Notes: a model not told the origin generated them from the sequence alone. A stretch of DNA of 64,000 nucleotides from Candidatus Marinacidobacterales bacterium (GCA_965219415.1 OZ244742.1:128001-192000), one strand, 5' to 3'. Positions 22,105 to 33,591 are shown, counted from the first letter of the stretch. Numbers and translations are program-made.

Positions 22105-23309
22105 ATGAACCAAAAAAAAGAATTGAAATCGCTTTCCCGACTATCGGATGACGAGCTTCTTGTTCGACTGTCGAACGTTTTGAAACAGTCGCGGCGTGTC
22201 GAGTCGGTTCTCGTTGCGCATATCGCCGAAGTCGATGCACGCCGACTGTATGCCCGTGAAGCATCGTCATCGATGTTTCAGTATTGCGTCGATGTGTTGC
22301 ACTTGTCCGAGGCAGAAGCCTACCTACGCATAGCCGCCGCACGTGGGTCGCGCCGACATCCGGTGCTGCTGACGATGCTCGACGATGGGCGTCTTCACTT
22401 GAGCGGCATCGCGGTGCTGGCGCCGTATCTTACCACGTCAATTGCGAGGAGCTCTTGGCTCGAGCAACCCACAAGACCAAGCGCGAGCTCCTGGTGCTGG
22501 TGGCGGAGATTGCGCCGAAACCGGACGTCTCGCCCTCCATCCGGAAGCTTCCGAAGCGGCGACAGAAGCCGGAAAGCGAACAACGTACGTCCTGTGCCGA
22601 AAGTACTCCGTCCGGAAAGAGTCCAGCCCCTGAACCTGAGCCCGCCCCGGCTCCCGAAGCGGCTGACAAGCCTCCGGTCGTCGAGCCGCTGGCACCTGCG
22701 CGCTACAAAGTGCAGTTCACCGCGAGCGCCGAGCTTCACGACAAGCTCCAACGGCTCGCGGCGCTCATGCCGGGTGCCGACCTCGCTTCCATGCTAGAAG
22801 CGTCGGTGACGGAGAAACTCGAACGGCTCGAGGCCAGGCGCCTCGGCAAAGTCAAAAATCCGAGAAAGAGCCTCGAAGATGCCGACACCGTGCCGAGAGT
22901 GCGCGGAATTCCCGCTCCGGTGAGGCGTTTCGTGTCGGAGCGGGATCAGGCTCAATGCACGTTCGAGAGCAGCGAGGGTAGACGATGTCCCGGGCGCCTA
23001 GGGCTGCAATTCCATCACGACGACCCCTACGGGCTCGGCGGCGATCGAAGTGCCAACAACGTCAGACTTTTGTGTCGTCCGCACAATCTCTACATGGCGG
23101 AGATGGACTACGGCAAAGACAAGATGGAGCGGTACCGCCGTTCCGCCGACCGGGTCGGTGAACCGAAGCCGTCGTTTCTACTCTTTCCGGACAGAGTTCA
23201 AGAATCGCCGCCCCGGCAGTCGTTCGCGCGAGCCGGCGTCTGGCCTAGCTCAGATTTGGCACCCACGTTGAGGGGCCTCCAAAATCGAGCGCGGGCAAAC
23301 GCGCGCTGA
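22105..23309 (+). CDS. DUF222-like / HNH endonuclease protein, frameshift near 22435
   Basis: N-terminal LSDDELL...LVAHIAEVDARRLY helical domain; C-terminal RDQAQC..C..LQFHH...GG..SANNVRLLCRPHN HNH motif. Confidence 0.85.
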
Positions 23310-23317
23310 CAAGTTTG
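23258..23317. repeat. Right arm of the degenerate inverted repeat flanking the HNH gene
   Basis: Reverse complement CAAACTTGTCAGCGCGCGTTTGC...CCTCAACGTGGGTGCC resembles 21993..22052 CAAACGATAGTCACGCTCGTTTGC...CCTCGATGCGTGCGCC. Confidence 0.55.
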
Positions 23318-23429
23318 CTATTGCGGGGAGTTGCACTAGTAATCCGCCAGAATTAGGCCAACCGCTTGCCTCCGTCTTTCCTCTGGGGGTACCATCCTCG
23401 ACCTTAGCGATTTTCCGCGGAGGATCTCG

Positions 23430-24992
23430 ATGGCGCGCTCTGGTACTCTTCTTTCAATTATTCTCTCGTTGGGAGCGGCAGCCGCGGCGCAGGACGTGCG
23501 GTCCATACCCGACGTCCACGAGGCACGGCTCGACAATGGCCTGCGTATCCTGGTGCTCGAAGATCACTCGCAACCGCGGATCGCGTGCAAGATCCTCTAC
23601 CATTTCGGTGCGGTCGTGGAAGAGCCCGGGCGGCTGGGAAGTGCTCACTTTCTAGAGCACCTGCTGTTCAAGGGCACCGCTACGATCGGCACGGAAGATT
23701 GGAACGCGGAGCAGCCTCTGCTCAAGAAGATCTTCCGTCTCGAGGAGGAGCTACTTCAAGAGCGAAATCGATCCCGGCGTGAGCTCCGGCAACGCGGCGT
23801 CTTTCTCGACTATCAGCATCAAACGACGACTCCTCGGATCGAGGAGATCGAAGCGGAGCTCCGGCGGACCATCGACCAGCACGCTCCCCTGGTCGATACC
23901 TCCGAGATCGAGAGCTACTACCAGCGGGTGGGAGGGACGAGACTGACCGCGACCACCGAGCAAGAGTACATGAAGTTCGACATCAATTTGCCCACCGAGA
24001 AGCTCGAGATCTTCTTCCGTGTCGAAGCCGATCGCATGGTGAACAGCCAGTGGCGCCAGTTCGAGCCCGAGGCAATGATCCTTTGGGAGCAGCGACTCGG
24101 CGATTTGAACGGCCCGTCGACACCGTTCCGCGAAGCACTCGCCTCGGTGAGCGGCTTCATTTCTCCGATCTACTGGAACGAAGGCTATCCCTCCGACTTT
24201 CCGTTGCTCGATCGTCACTACACGCGCCATCTCTACGAGAAGTGGTTCGTTCCCAATAACACCATCTTGGTCTTCGTGGGGGACACGACCCTCGCGGAGG
24301 TTGAGCCGCTCACGGAGCGCTATTTCGGATCGATGCCGCGCGCCACCGAGACTCATGACACGCTCGCGGTCGAACCGGCCCACGAAGAGACCATCCGTGT
24401 CGAGATGACGACGCCTCACTACGGGCCAGTCATTGATCTGCGACACCGGATACCCGGAGTCGGGCATCCCGATCGCCCCGCGGTGGAGCTTCTGCGTGAA
24501 ATCGTGGGAGCACGGGACGGGCCGGTAGGAGAAGCGACCGTTGAGGCAGGGCTCGCCACGTCGATCTCGGCGAATACTGTCGTCACCCACACCGATCGCT
24601 TCAGTTTTCCGGGAACGTTGAACATCGTGGTCCAAGCGAAGAGGAACGAAGAGCTACCAGCGCTCGAAAAGACTCTTCTTGCATCTGTCGAGGAGATTTC
24701 GAAGACGCTCATAGATGCCCGGACCATCGAGTTGGCCAAGAAGCAACGCCGAGTCTACTGGGAGCGGCGCCGACTCAACTGGGACGACGTGGCCTTTGAC
24801 CTCGGCCACTACGAGATCATGGACTCCTGGAAGACACTCTACCGAGAAATGGATGGAGTTCAACAGGTCACCGCGGAAGACCTCCGACGCGTCGCGCAGA
24901 AGTACTTCATCGACTCGAATCGCATCATCGGTGTGGCACGTCGTGGTCGCGCGGAGACGGTGTCGACCACTGAGTCTGGAGGCCGGCGATGA
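23430..24992 (+). CDS. M16 family peptidase, catalytic subunit
   Basis: Signal peptide, LDNGLRILVLEDH, AHFLEHLLFKGT. Confidence 0.9.
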   Translation: MARSGTLLSIILSLGAAAAAQDVRSIPDVHEARLDNGLRILVLEDHSQPRIACKILYHFGAVVEEPGRLGSAHFLEHLLFKGTATIGTEDWNAEQPLLKKIFRLEEELLQERNRSRRELRQRGVFLDYQHQTTTPRIEEIEAELRRTIDQHAPLVDTSEIESYYQRVGGTRLTATTEQEYMKFDINLPTEKLEIFFRVEADRMVNSQWRQFEPEAMILWEQRLGDLNGPSTPFREALASVSGFISPIYWNEGYPSDFPLLDRHYTRHLYEKWFVPNNTILVFVGDTTLAEVEPLTERYFGSMPRATETHDTLAVEPAHEETIRVEMTTPHYGPVIDLRHRIPGVGHPDRPAVELLREIVGARDGPVGEATVEAGLATSISANTVVTHTDRFSFPGTLNIVVQAKRNEELPALEKTLLASVEEISKTLIDARTIELAKKQRRVYWERRRLNWDDVAFDLGHYEIMDSWKTLYREMDGVQQVTAEDLRRVAQKYFIDSNRIIGVARRGRAETVSTTESGGRR

Positions 24993-25717
24993 GCGCGCGG
25001 AGCATTTTAGTTGCGGTGGCCCTCTGGGCTTCCATGGCAGAGGCGCAGGTCGAGCGTCTCGCCTTCGAGGATCCCGACGTCGTGGTCTTTGGACCCTCAC
25101 GCTTCAGCTTGCCCGATCCGGGCGATCACCGCGACGAGTTGGGCGAGGGACTCGTGGCCTACGTGGCAGAAGATCCGACCACGGCCACGGTCGAGCTGAC
25201 GGCGCTCATTGGAGCCTCCCAGTTGGACGACCCGGCGGGTAAGGAAGGATTAACGGAAGCCATCGTGTACGCGATGACGAACGCCGGTTCGAAAGGGCTG
25301 GCAAGCGGTGTACTCGCCGAGAAGCTCTACGCGATGGCGGCCGAGCTCGATGCAAGTGTGGACAACGAGCATACACGGCTCCGTCTGTCGCTCCTGACGG
25401 AGGATCTCGATGACGGCCTTGCGCTCTTCGCCGCACTTCTCCGGGAACCACGCCTGGATGCAGAGACCTTGGAAGTCTACCGTCGCCCCAGACCGACGCA
25501 CGGTTGGAACGAGGACGATCCCCGACAACGGGCGGCGGCGGAGTTTCCTGCGATCCTTTACGGCGATCACCCGCGGGAAGACGCGCTACGGAGGCAAGTC
25601 TCAAGGCATTGACGGTCCGGGACCTCTAGGCGTTCCATCGCGATCCGAAACGCCGAGCATCCGCAGTACAAGGCGAAGCTCGAAGATTTTGGTGAGGTCA
25701 TCGTCCACGCCCAATGA
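24989..25717 (+). pseudogene. M16 non-catalytic partner with large internal deletion
   Basis: ATGA overlap; DPAGKEGL, LYGDHP; frameshift and TAG near 25575-25630, then jumps to an apparent C-terminus RNAEHPQYKAKLEDFGEVIVHAQ*. Confidence 0.7.
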
Positions 25718-25780
25718 GGGGAATCGGAGCGGCGAACCTCCCAGGGAAGGTCTTGTCCGGACAAGTTTCTTTGCAGTCCA

Positions 25781-26505
25781 CTATTTGTCTGTCGGGACGA
25801 GGCGCTTCAGTTCCTCGAACCAGTTGAGGACGACACGGAGCTGGGTCACCCGTTCACTTGGCTGCTCGGTCACCTCGAGCATTAGAAACCGCCCGTCGGC
25901 AGCGACATCGTAACTTCTGAGGGGGAAGGTCCATTCGTATCGGTCCTCCTCGAAAAGCATGCGGGGCTTTCCAGCAATAAATGCCGGGTCCTCGCCCCGG
26001 GACCGGGATACGGCTGGACGTAGACCTCGGGCCGGTCAGACTCATCGGAAGTGTACGCCAGCCAACGACCGTCAGGTGAAAACGTCGCGTATTGTTCCCC
26101 GAACCGCGTTTGGACGAAGGGCCTCGGTTCATGCTCGGCGTCGTCGAACGGCAGCACCCAGATATCCGCACCGGTTGTAGGAGAGTCCTCTAAGAAGGCA
26201 AGCGCCTTGCCGTCCGGGGACCACGAGGCGGCGGTTTGGTAGTTCTCGCTGGTCGTGAGCCGTTCGAGGCCGCTACCGTCCGGCTGCGCCCAAAAGAGGT
26301 TCGCCGGTCCACCCGTCGTCGACGCGAAAGTGATCTGCTTACCATCCGGCGACCAAACGGCACTCTGGTTCGCTCCTTCAAACGTCATCCGGGTACGTGT
26401 GCCACGAGAGATATCGTAGACAAAAATGTTGTGCTGCTCGCCTTCGTGAATGGGCACGGCCACTCGCCGGCCATCGGGCGAGAGCCGGGGGTCAGAGGCA
26501 TCGCC
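25781..26505 (-). pseudogene. C-terminal PD40 region of a Ser/Thr kinase-type protein
   Basis: SPDG repeats, AYTSDESDRPEVYVQPYPG, terminal VTQLRVVLNWFEELKRLVPTDK*; 5' part missing. Confidence 0.8.
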
Positions 26506-26582
26506 GACAAATCTACGACCTGATGAACTGAAAAGCAAGAATTGCCTTTCCGATGGAAGTTTTTGTGACAGGCTACTTATCT

Positions 26583-27966
26583 GGGTCTACGCGGATTCGT
26601 GTGGGTTGAAAACTGCATTTCTGGGTAATGGCGGAAGGAAAGTCGCCACGATCTTCAGCTTGAGATATTCCTCGTCGCGATAGCCGTAGGCGCGTCGTTG
26701 CAGAACACGGATTTTGTTGTTGACCCCTTCAACTAGGCCGAGACTGACTTTGTTCTCCGGATGACAGTAGGAGGCGATACCATCCCAATGGGGCTCAATC
26801 ATACCGGCGAACTTCTGGTACGGATGCAGGCGTTGCCATTTGAGGCTGTCTTTCCAACGAGTGAAAAAGGCGCGAGCGCCGCGTTCGGTGCGGTAATCCC
26901 AGAGTTGCCCGAAGACCTCCTTCAAAATATAGGCGGTGTTCAGGCGCCGGTTGGCCTGGAGCAACTTTTTGAGTGCGCGGCGACCGTCTAGGCTCAGGTT
27001 CTCCCGCCGGGAAAGCAAAGTGTAACGCTGCCCCTTGATGTACGACCGGTCCTTGCCGCTGAGGCGTTTGTACTCACCGCGCCGGACCTCATCGAAGGCC
27101 TTTGACAGATGACGCATGATATGAAACTTGTCGAAGATGATCCGCGCATTAGGCGCGTTGTGAATCACCGAGTTCCGGAAGGGCTTCCACGTATCCATGG
27201 CGGCCAGCTTGATACGGGCGCTTTTCTTTCCGCCCGGCGCCTTGAAGAACAAATCGATGTCGGTTTCTTTGCGACCCTCACCGCCCACCCAGATGGGACG
27301 CGCCCGCTCCAGGTCGCTGACAATGACGCGATAGTTATGTCCCTTGCGGATGGAGATCTCATCGACACCGATGGCCCGAGGCGCCGGTAGCCCCGCCCGG
27401 TCGACCTGCTCTTGCATGTAGAGCGTATCCAGAGCCTTCACCGTACCGTGGTGCAGACGTTCCATCTCGGCCACCGCCTTGTTCGGCATATCCCGGCACA
27501 GCTTGCCCACATGCGTCGCAAAACGCTGGGTGTAGCGCGAGTTGTTCGCCAGCCAGTCTAGGTGTTCTACATGCACACCGCCGCACCCAGAACAGTTGAC
27601 GCGCCAACGCTCGTATTCCAGATAGATCCGCCAGCCTGCCAACGACAGGTCGCGGACCCGGCACACTTGCTTGTCATAGCGCCCCCGGCACCGTTGCCCA
27701 CAGTAAGAGCACACAGCTGTTTTTTTCGCCTCTTGAGCTGGATGACGCGGGCGTATCGGTCACCGAATAGACCCTTCAATCCGGCACCAACCACGAAACC
27801 TGGCAGCGCAAACAGCGAGCGGATCGACTGGGAATTTTTCACTCGGCTAGCCTATCCTAAAAATGGACCACTTTTCAGCACCTGATGAAGTACTCGATAC
27901 CTTTTCCACACAATGAGTTACACTGTTTTTCCGTCAGAACTTACCCACACGAATCCGCGTAAACCC
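26583..27966 (-). mobile_element. ISL3-family element
   Basis: 24-bp TIR GGGT(C/T)TACGCGGATTCGTGTGGGT; 8-bp TSD ACTTATCT; transposase 26587..27842 (CSYCG, IGVDE, FDKFH, EGVNNKI) split at an A7C run near 27720. Confidence 0.95.
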
Positions 27967-28126
27967 ACTTATCTCAACGGTTTTGTTACGAACCGAAACA
28001 ATCAAGTAACCTATCCCCGAAATACGGTCATCGGAAACGAGCCATGGCAATGTAGTTTGGCTATAATGCCGATTGATCGGGCATCAAAGAAATCAAAAAC
28101 TTGAATTAAGGTTTGGGAGAAAACGA

Positions 28127-29236
28127 ATGCAAATCAGACCCTTTCTCTTGGATCAGTGGCTCGAGGAGTACGAACACGTTCCTTACAACCTAGCCGTGAG
28201 TACGGGACCGGCGTGGACGGTAAGAGGACTTCTGGAGCTCATGACACCCGGCGAGAAGGAGCATTTCCTGAATGGCCGGGTGTCCTACACGACTGCCGAT
28301 GGCACCGAAACGCTGAGGGAGGCGCTAGCGGAGATGGAGGGTGTCCAACCGGAAGACATCCAGATCGTTACCGGTGCCTCCGAAGCTCTCCACGTCCTTT
28401 TCTTCATGACCGCATCACCCAACGCCAATATCGTCGTGCCGAGTCCGTGTTTTCCGACCTTCACCGAGCTGCCGGATGCACTGGGCGTCGAGCCCCGCAC
28501 GTACGAGCTACGACCCGAGAACGACTTTCGAATCGATGTCGATGAAGTGAAGCGGCTAGTGGACGATAATACGAAGCTCGTTCTCGTTAACTCCCCGCAC
28601 AATCCAACGGGTGCGATCGTAAGCCCGGACACGCTGCGCGAGCTCCACGACTTCGTCGTCGGTCGCGAAATCCAATTTGTCGTCGACCAGGTCTACCACC
28701 CCATCTACTACGATGCCGACTTCCCTTCCGCCACGGTGCTCCCCCATGCCACGATCCTTGGCGACTTCTCCAAGGCCTTTAGCCTCAGCGGTCTCCGCGT
28801 CGGTTGGTTCGTCGAGCGGGACAAGGCGCGCCGAGAACGGTACTGGAACACGCGCGCCTACTTCACGATCAGCAACAGCTCGGTGAGTGAAGCACTCGCT
28901 GAAACCGCAGTTCGAAACCGCGAGAGGCTTTTCACCCAAGCCAAAGCGATCGCCACCACGAATCTGGCACTCCTCGACAGGTTTTTCGAAGAGCAAAAGG
29001 ATGTACTCGGTTGGGTGCGCCCGGGGGGCGGCTTCACTGCGTTTCCGAACCTGGTCAACGGCGAAGATGCCCGGCCCATGTGCAAGGCGGCGGCCGAGCG
29101 CGGTGTCTTGTTGGCCCCGGGAGACTGCTTCGGCTACCCGCCCCACTTTCGATTGGGCTTCGGAGCCTGTGACGACGGGTTTCCGCAAGCGCTCGAGGTG
29201 CTCACGGATGTCTTGACCGAGGTGAAATCGCATTGA
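28127..29236 (+). CDS. PLP-dependent aminotransferase class I/II
   Basis: VNSPHNPTG, DQVY, GDFSKAFSLSGLRVGW. Confidence 0.9.
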   Translation: MQIRPFLLDQWLEEYEHVPYNLAVSTGPAWTVRGLLELMTPGEKEHFLNGRVSYTTADGTETLREALAEMEGVQPEDIQIVTGASEALHVLFFMTASPNANIVVPSPCFPTFTELPDALGVEPRTYELRPENDFRIDVDEVKRLVDDNTKLVLVNSPHNPTGAIVSPDTLRELHDFVVGREIQFVVDQVYHPIYYDADFPSATVLPHATILGDFSKAFSLSGLRVGWFVERDKARRERYWNTRAYFTISNSSVSEALAETAVRNRERLFTQAKAIATTNLALLDRFFEEQKDVLGWVRPGGGFTAFPNLVNGEDARPMCKAAAERGVLLAPGDCFGYPPHFRLGFGACDDGFPQALEVLTDVLTEVKSH

Positions 29237-30372
29237 TCCTCCCGAATCAGCGGACACTCTTCGACATACCGGACGACGTGGCGTACTTGAACTGCGCCTA
29301 CATGTCCCCTCTGATGAAGTCGGTTACCGAAGCCGGGAAAAAAGGCGTCATGAGGAAGGCCAGTCCCTGGAAGATCGGCGCTCCCGATTTTTTCACCGAT
29401 TCCGACTCCTTGAGAGAGGTCTTCGCGCGACTCATCCGCTGCACAGCAGAGGATGTCGCTATTACCCCGGCCGTCAGCTACGGGATCTCGACCGCGGCTC
29501 GCAACCTGCCGCTCGAGAAGGGCCAGTCGATTGTCGTCGCCGAGGACCAGTTTCCCTCGAATTATTATCCCTGGCACGAAAGAGCTAAGGAAATAGACGC
29601 CAAGGTCAAAAGAGTACCCAGACCCGGCGACGGTGACTGGACGTCGGCCGTGCTCGAGGCACTCGATGACGAAACCGCCACTGTGGCACTGCCCAACTGT
29701 CACTGGGCAGACGGCGGTCTCTTCGACCTACGCATGATCGGAGAGCAGTGCCGTAAGCGCGGAACGCACCTCGTCGTGGACGCGAGTCAGTCTCTCGGTG
29801 TCCTGCCATTTTCAGTCGAGGAGATCCAGCCCGATTTTCTGGCCGTTCCCACATACAAATGGCTCCTAGGACCTTATTCGCTGGGATTTCTCTACGTATC
29901 CAAGCGTTGGCAGGACAGCCTCCCCATCGAGCACAGCTGGTACCACCGCCGCAACGCCGAGAACTTCTCGCGGTTAGTTGACTACGAGGAACGCTTCGCC
30001 GCCGGCGCCCGCCGCTTCGATGTGGGTGAGCGATCGAACTTCGCACTCCTCCCCATGGCTGATGCCGCGATTCGGCAGATTCTTGATTGGGGGGTGGAGA
30101 ACATCCGTGACAGCGTCGCGGCCATTGCCAAGCAATTGGCCGACGAGACCAGTTCCTTGGGGCTCGACTCCCTCCCTGCCTCGCTGCGCGCCAGTCACTA
30201 TCTCTGCCTCAACCTTCCCGAGAAGGCACCGGCCGATCTCCCCACGCGTCTTGCCAAGGATGACGTCCATGTCAGCATCCGCGGCTCGTCGCTACGCGTG
30301 ACACCGCATCTCTACAATACGGACCAAGACCTCGACCGCTTCATATCCTGCCTTAAGAAAGCTCTCTCCTAG
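29233..30372 (+). CDS. Aminotransferase class V / cysteine desulfurase-like protein
   Basis: AYLNCAYMSP, VVDASQSLG, YKWLLGP, RVTPHLYN; overlaps the upstream stop. Confidence 0.88.
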   Translation: MILPNQRTLFDIPDDVAYLNCAYMSPLMKSVTEAGKKGVMRKASPWKIGAPDFFTDSDSLREVFARLIRCTAEDVAITPAVSYGISTAARNLPLEKGQSIVVAEDQFPSNYYPWHERAKEIDAKVKRVPRPGDGDWTSAVLEALDDETATVALPNCHWADGGLFDLRMIGEQCRKRGTHLVVDASQSLGVLPFSVEEIQPDFLAVPTYKWLLGPYSLGFLYVSKRWQDSLPIEHSWYHRRNAENFSRLVDYEERFAAGARRFDVGERSNFALLPMADAAIRQILDWGVENIRDSVAAIAKQLADETSSLGLDSLPASLRASHYLCLNLPEKAPADLPTRLAKDDVHVSIRGSSLRVTPHLYNTDQDLDRFISCLKKALS

Positions 30373-30413
30373 TAGATTCGCCGGAAGCGGCAATATAGAC
30401 TGCATCAAGCTCT

Positions 30414-33099
30414 ATGTTCGCCTCCAAAACCGGTGCAACATTAACGTTAACCTTGTGGTTACTCACTCTCGCTGTGGTGCCGGAAACTGCCGCGCAGGAC
30501 GAAGCGTCACTTTGGGGCAGGCTTCTGAAAAGAATAGAAATCAGCGGGTTACGTCACACGAAAAGAGAGCTCGTCATTCGGGAGCTGGCGTCCAAGGAAG
30601 GCCAGCCCTACCTGGCGGAGAATGCCAACCGAGATCCGGAGCGTTTGGATCGTCTGGGCGTTTTCAGCTCGGTGAAATTCAACGCCGTCGCCGAGGGCGA
30701 AGGTGTCGTCCTGCAGGTCGACGTCCAAGAGACGTTCCCGTATCTACCCACCCTGAGCATTGAAATCACGGAAGAAAACGGGACGGCGGTTGGTCCGGGC
30801 TTCAAGTCCGTCAACCTCCTGGGCAAAGCCATCAGCAATCGGAGAGAGCTCTTGTCAATAGGTGTGTAAAAAAGTTCAGGCAGCAGCAACCTTCGACGAC
30901 TCCGTTACCCTGTCTCCATCTTCAAATCGAACGCCCAGGTGAACCTCTCGCATCAGCTCCGGTGCGTTGAGCCGGCGAAAATTCTTCTCCGCAACCAGAA
31001 GCAGTTTGAAGATTGTCGCAGTGGCGGACTCGATTTTCTTGAACCTTTTGGCCGCATCCGTTCTCAATCTCAGTGCAGCGAACGGTGACTCCACGACGTT
31101 GCTCGTGCGAAGGTGTTGCCAGTGAGGCTTGGGAAAGGAATAGAAGCTGACCATCCGCTCCCAGTCCTCGTCGAGCACGTGCGCGGCCCCCGGAAGACCC
31201 TTGCGCAAGCACCAATCCTGGAACTTGGCCTTCTTCGTCTCGCACTCCTGCAGGCTGGTGGGGTAGGGGGTCGCCGTCAACAGCGGCTTGGCCTGCGCCT
31301 GGTCCCTTTTCGGAATCCGGTCCAGTACGTTGAGGATTCGGTGGTTCCAGCACCGCTGCTCCTCAGCTTCTGGAAATACGTTTCGGGTCGCGGCCCAGAT
31401 GCCGAGATGACCGTCACCGATCACCAAACGGGGACATCTCAGACCGCGCTTCTTCAGTCTCCGTAGCAGCGACGACCATGACGCTTCGGATTCTCGATGC
31501 CCGGCCTCCAGCGTCAGGACGATTTTCGTCCCGTCGGACAGGCCACCAACCGCAACTAGCACCGCCGCCTTGTCCTTCTCAAGGCCGGCCTTCACGTACA
31601 CGCCATCTATCCACAGGGACACGAGCTTGAGTTCGTCCAGTGGGCGAGCTAGCCACTGCTCGTACTCTCCCTGCCATTTTCTGTTTCAGCCGCGACACCG
31701 TGCTGGGAGAAAGTGGAGCGTCCTCCCCTAGAAGCCCGCGGAGCGCCAAATCGAAATCTCCGTGAGCTAATCCATGCAGGTACAGCTCCGGAATCAACTC
31801 GCTCACCGTTTCGCTCCGACGCTTGAACAGCGGAAGCACTCGACTTTCGAACCTCTCCTCCACGTCCCGTACTCTCGGCCGGCGAACCGTCACTGTGCCC
31901 ACGCTCATCGTCAGCTTCCGAGGCTTACCGTATCCATTTCGATAGCCCGCCGTTGTGTCCACGGGCTTCCGTCTCTCCGATTTCTCACGCCCGAGAAGCT
32001 CCGTGACTTCGGCTACCATCAGCTCCTGCACCCAATCCTGGATCTCGAGCCTCGCCCACTTCTCCAGCGACTCCCAAGCCACCCTTGACGAGCTCCGTCG
32101 TCTTGTGGTCTTTTCCTTCATGGCGGTGTCTCCTTCCGTTGGCCCCTTCACGCCGTGTTTCGTGACGCGGAAGGTTACTCCGCCTTTACTTTATTTCCAC
32201 ACCTTCTGAGGGTAGCTCCTCGGCCGCCGCCGCCCGGTTCGGTGGCCAGACGGTCGTGGAAGTCAGGGCACAAACCCCTTTGTTCCTGAGCTCAACCATG
32301 TCCTATGAAGGTGCCTTCGTGTACCGTGACCGTTTCAATGAAATTTACGAGTTCCAAGAGGTATCCACAGATTTCGACGTCGGTTTCGGCCGGAGGGGCG
32401 AGACCGGCCGGTTCGGCGCCATCTTCAACTTTCTTTCTGTGAAAAGCGATACCAGTGGGGAGACACTCTCGCCGGTAACAAAGATGAGATCCCTGCTCTG
32501 GGCGCTTTCATTAGTTATGACAGCCGGGACCTCATCTCGAATGCCCATGAAGGCTGGCAGAACCAGTTTGTGGTAGCCAAAAGCGGGATTTTCGGGGCCG
32601 ACAGTGACTTTTGGACCTACACCATCGACGTTCGGAGGTATCAACCCATTGCCCCGCGCCACACGCTCGCGGGGTTCTCCCTCGCTTCGTTGCCACCGGT
32701 ACCGTGGGCGAAGACATACCGGTCTATCTGCAGTTCAACATTGGCGGCACCAACACGGTGCGCGGCTGGACCCTTGGAGCTCGGGAGGGCAAGAACCAAT
32801 TCCTCAACACTCTTGATCCGGAGCGAGGAGCCATCAATTCGTATCGGTACTCAATCTTTGGTTTTTCCGGATTCCTGGGGCTGCAACTGGCAGCGTTCGG
32901 GGACCTCGGGACCGCCTGGAACGATGGGGACCAGTTCATGCCCAGCTTCATTGGTGGGTACGGGTTCGGACTAAGGGCTATCATTCCCTTCGTCAACATG
33001 GTCCGTCTCGATCTCGGCTGGGGGGAGGCCGGTATGGGCGTGCAGGTCGCGATCGGCGTGATGGAGAAGGCGGACATGCAGCGTCGCCGCGTCAGGTAA
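30414..33099 (+). pseudogene. BamA/TamA (Omp85) family outer membrane protein disrupted by IS256
   Basis: POTRA motif IEISGLRHTKRELVIREL; barrel IGGTNTVRGW, FGDLG, GFGLR, VRLDLGWG; several frameshifts. Confidence 0.82.
30846..32218 (-). mobile_element. IS256-family element, type A copy 2
   Basis: Near-identical to 7978..9349; transposase 30876..32121 with an extra T near 31680; flanks ATCGGAGA / CTCGGCCG. Confidence 0.93.
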
Positions 33100-33128
33100 C
33101 CATAGGACAGCTTTCTCGGAAGATTCAC

Positions 33129-33555
33129 ATGAAGAAAATAATCCATTGCTTCAATGCCACGGTGCCGCGCCCAAAGGTCTTTGCGGCGTTGACGACAGAA
33201 GAAGGTCTCTCTAGCTGGTGGAGCACCAAGGTGAAAACAGACGGGAGCTTGGGCAGCATCGTCGAATTCACGTTCCTCGCCGACTTCAACCCGCACATGA
33301 AGATCGTGACCTTGGACGGGCCCGGGCTCTTGGAATGGAAGTGCGTCGGGGGTCATGAACCGTGGGCCGACAGCAGGTTCCGCTTCGCCCTCAAAGAGAC
33401 GGACGGCGGCACGGAGATCATGTTCACCCAGGAAGGACTACGCCCGGGAGCTCAGCGACGAGGTCTACGGAGTCTACAACTACAACTGGGGGTACTATCT
33501 CGAGAGTCTGAGACTCTACTGCAAGGAAGGCGCGGGCAAGCCGTTCGAAGCGTGA
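33129..33555 (+). CDS. SRPBCC (AHSA1/START-like) domain protein, frameshift near 33435
   Basis: KVFAALTTEEGLSSWW, EWKCVGG, NWGYYLESL. Confidence 0.8.
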
Positions 33556-33591
33556 CAGCGTTCCGGACAAAACCACGCCCGTCCTCTTTTT

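Noticed and set aside
5149-24635. Long antisense ORFs such as 5149..6138, 15378..16334 and 23751..24635
   Set aside because: They are shadow ORFs of high-GC genes and carry no motifs.
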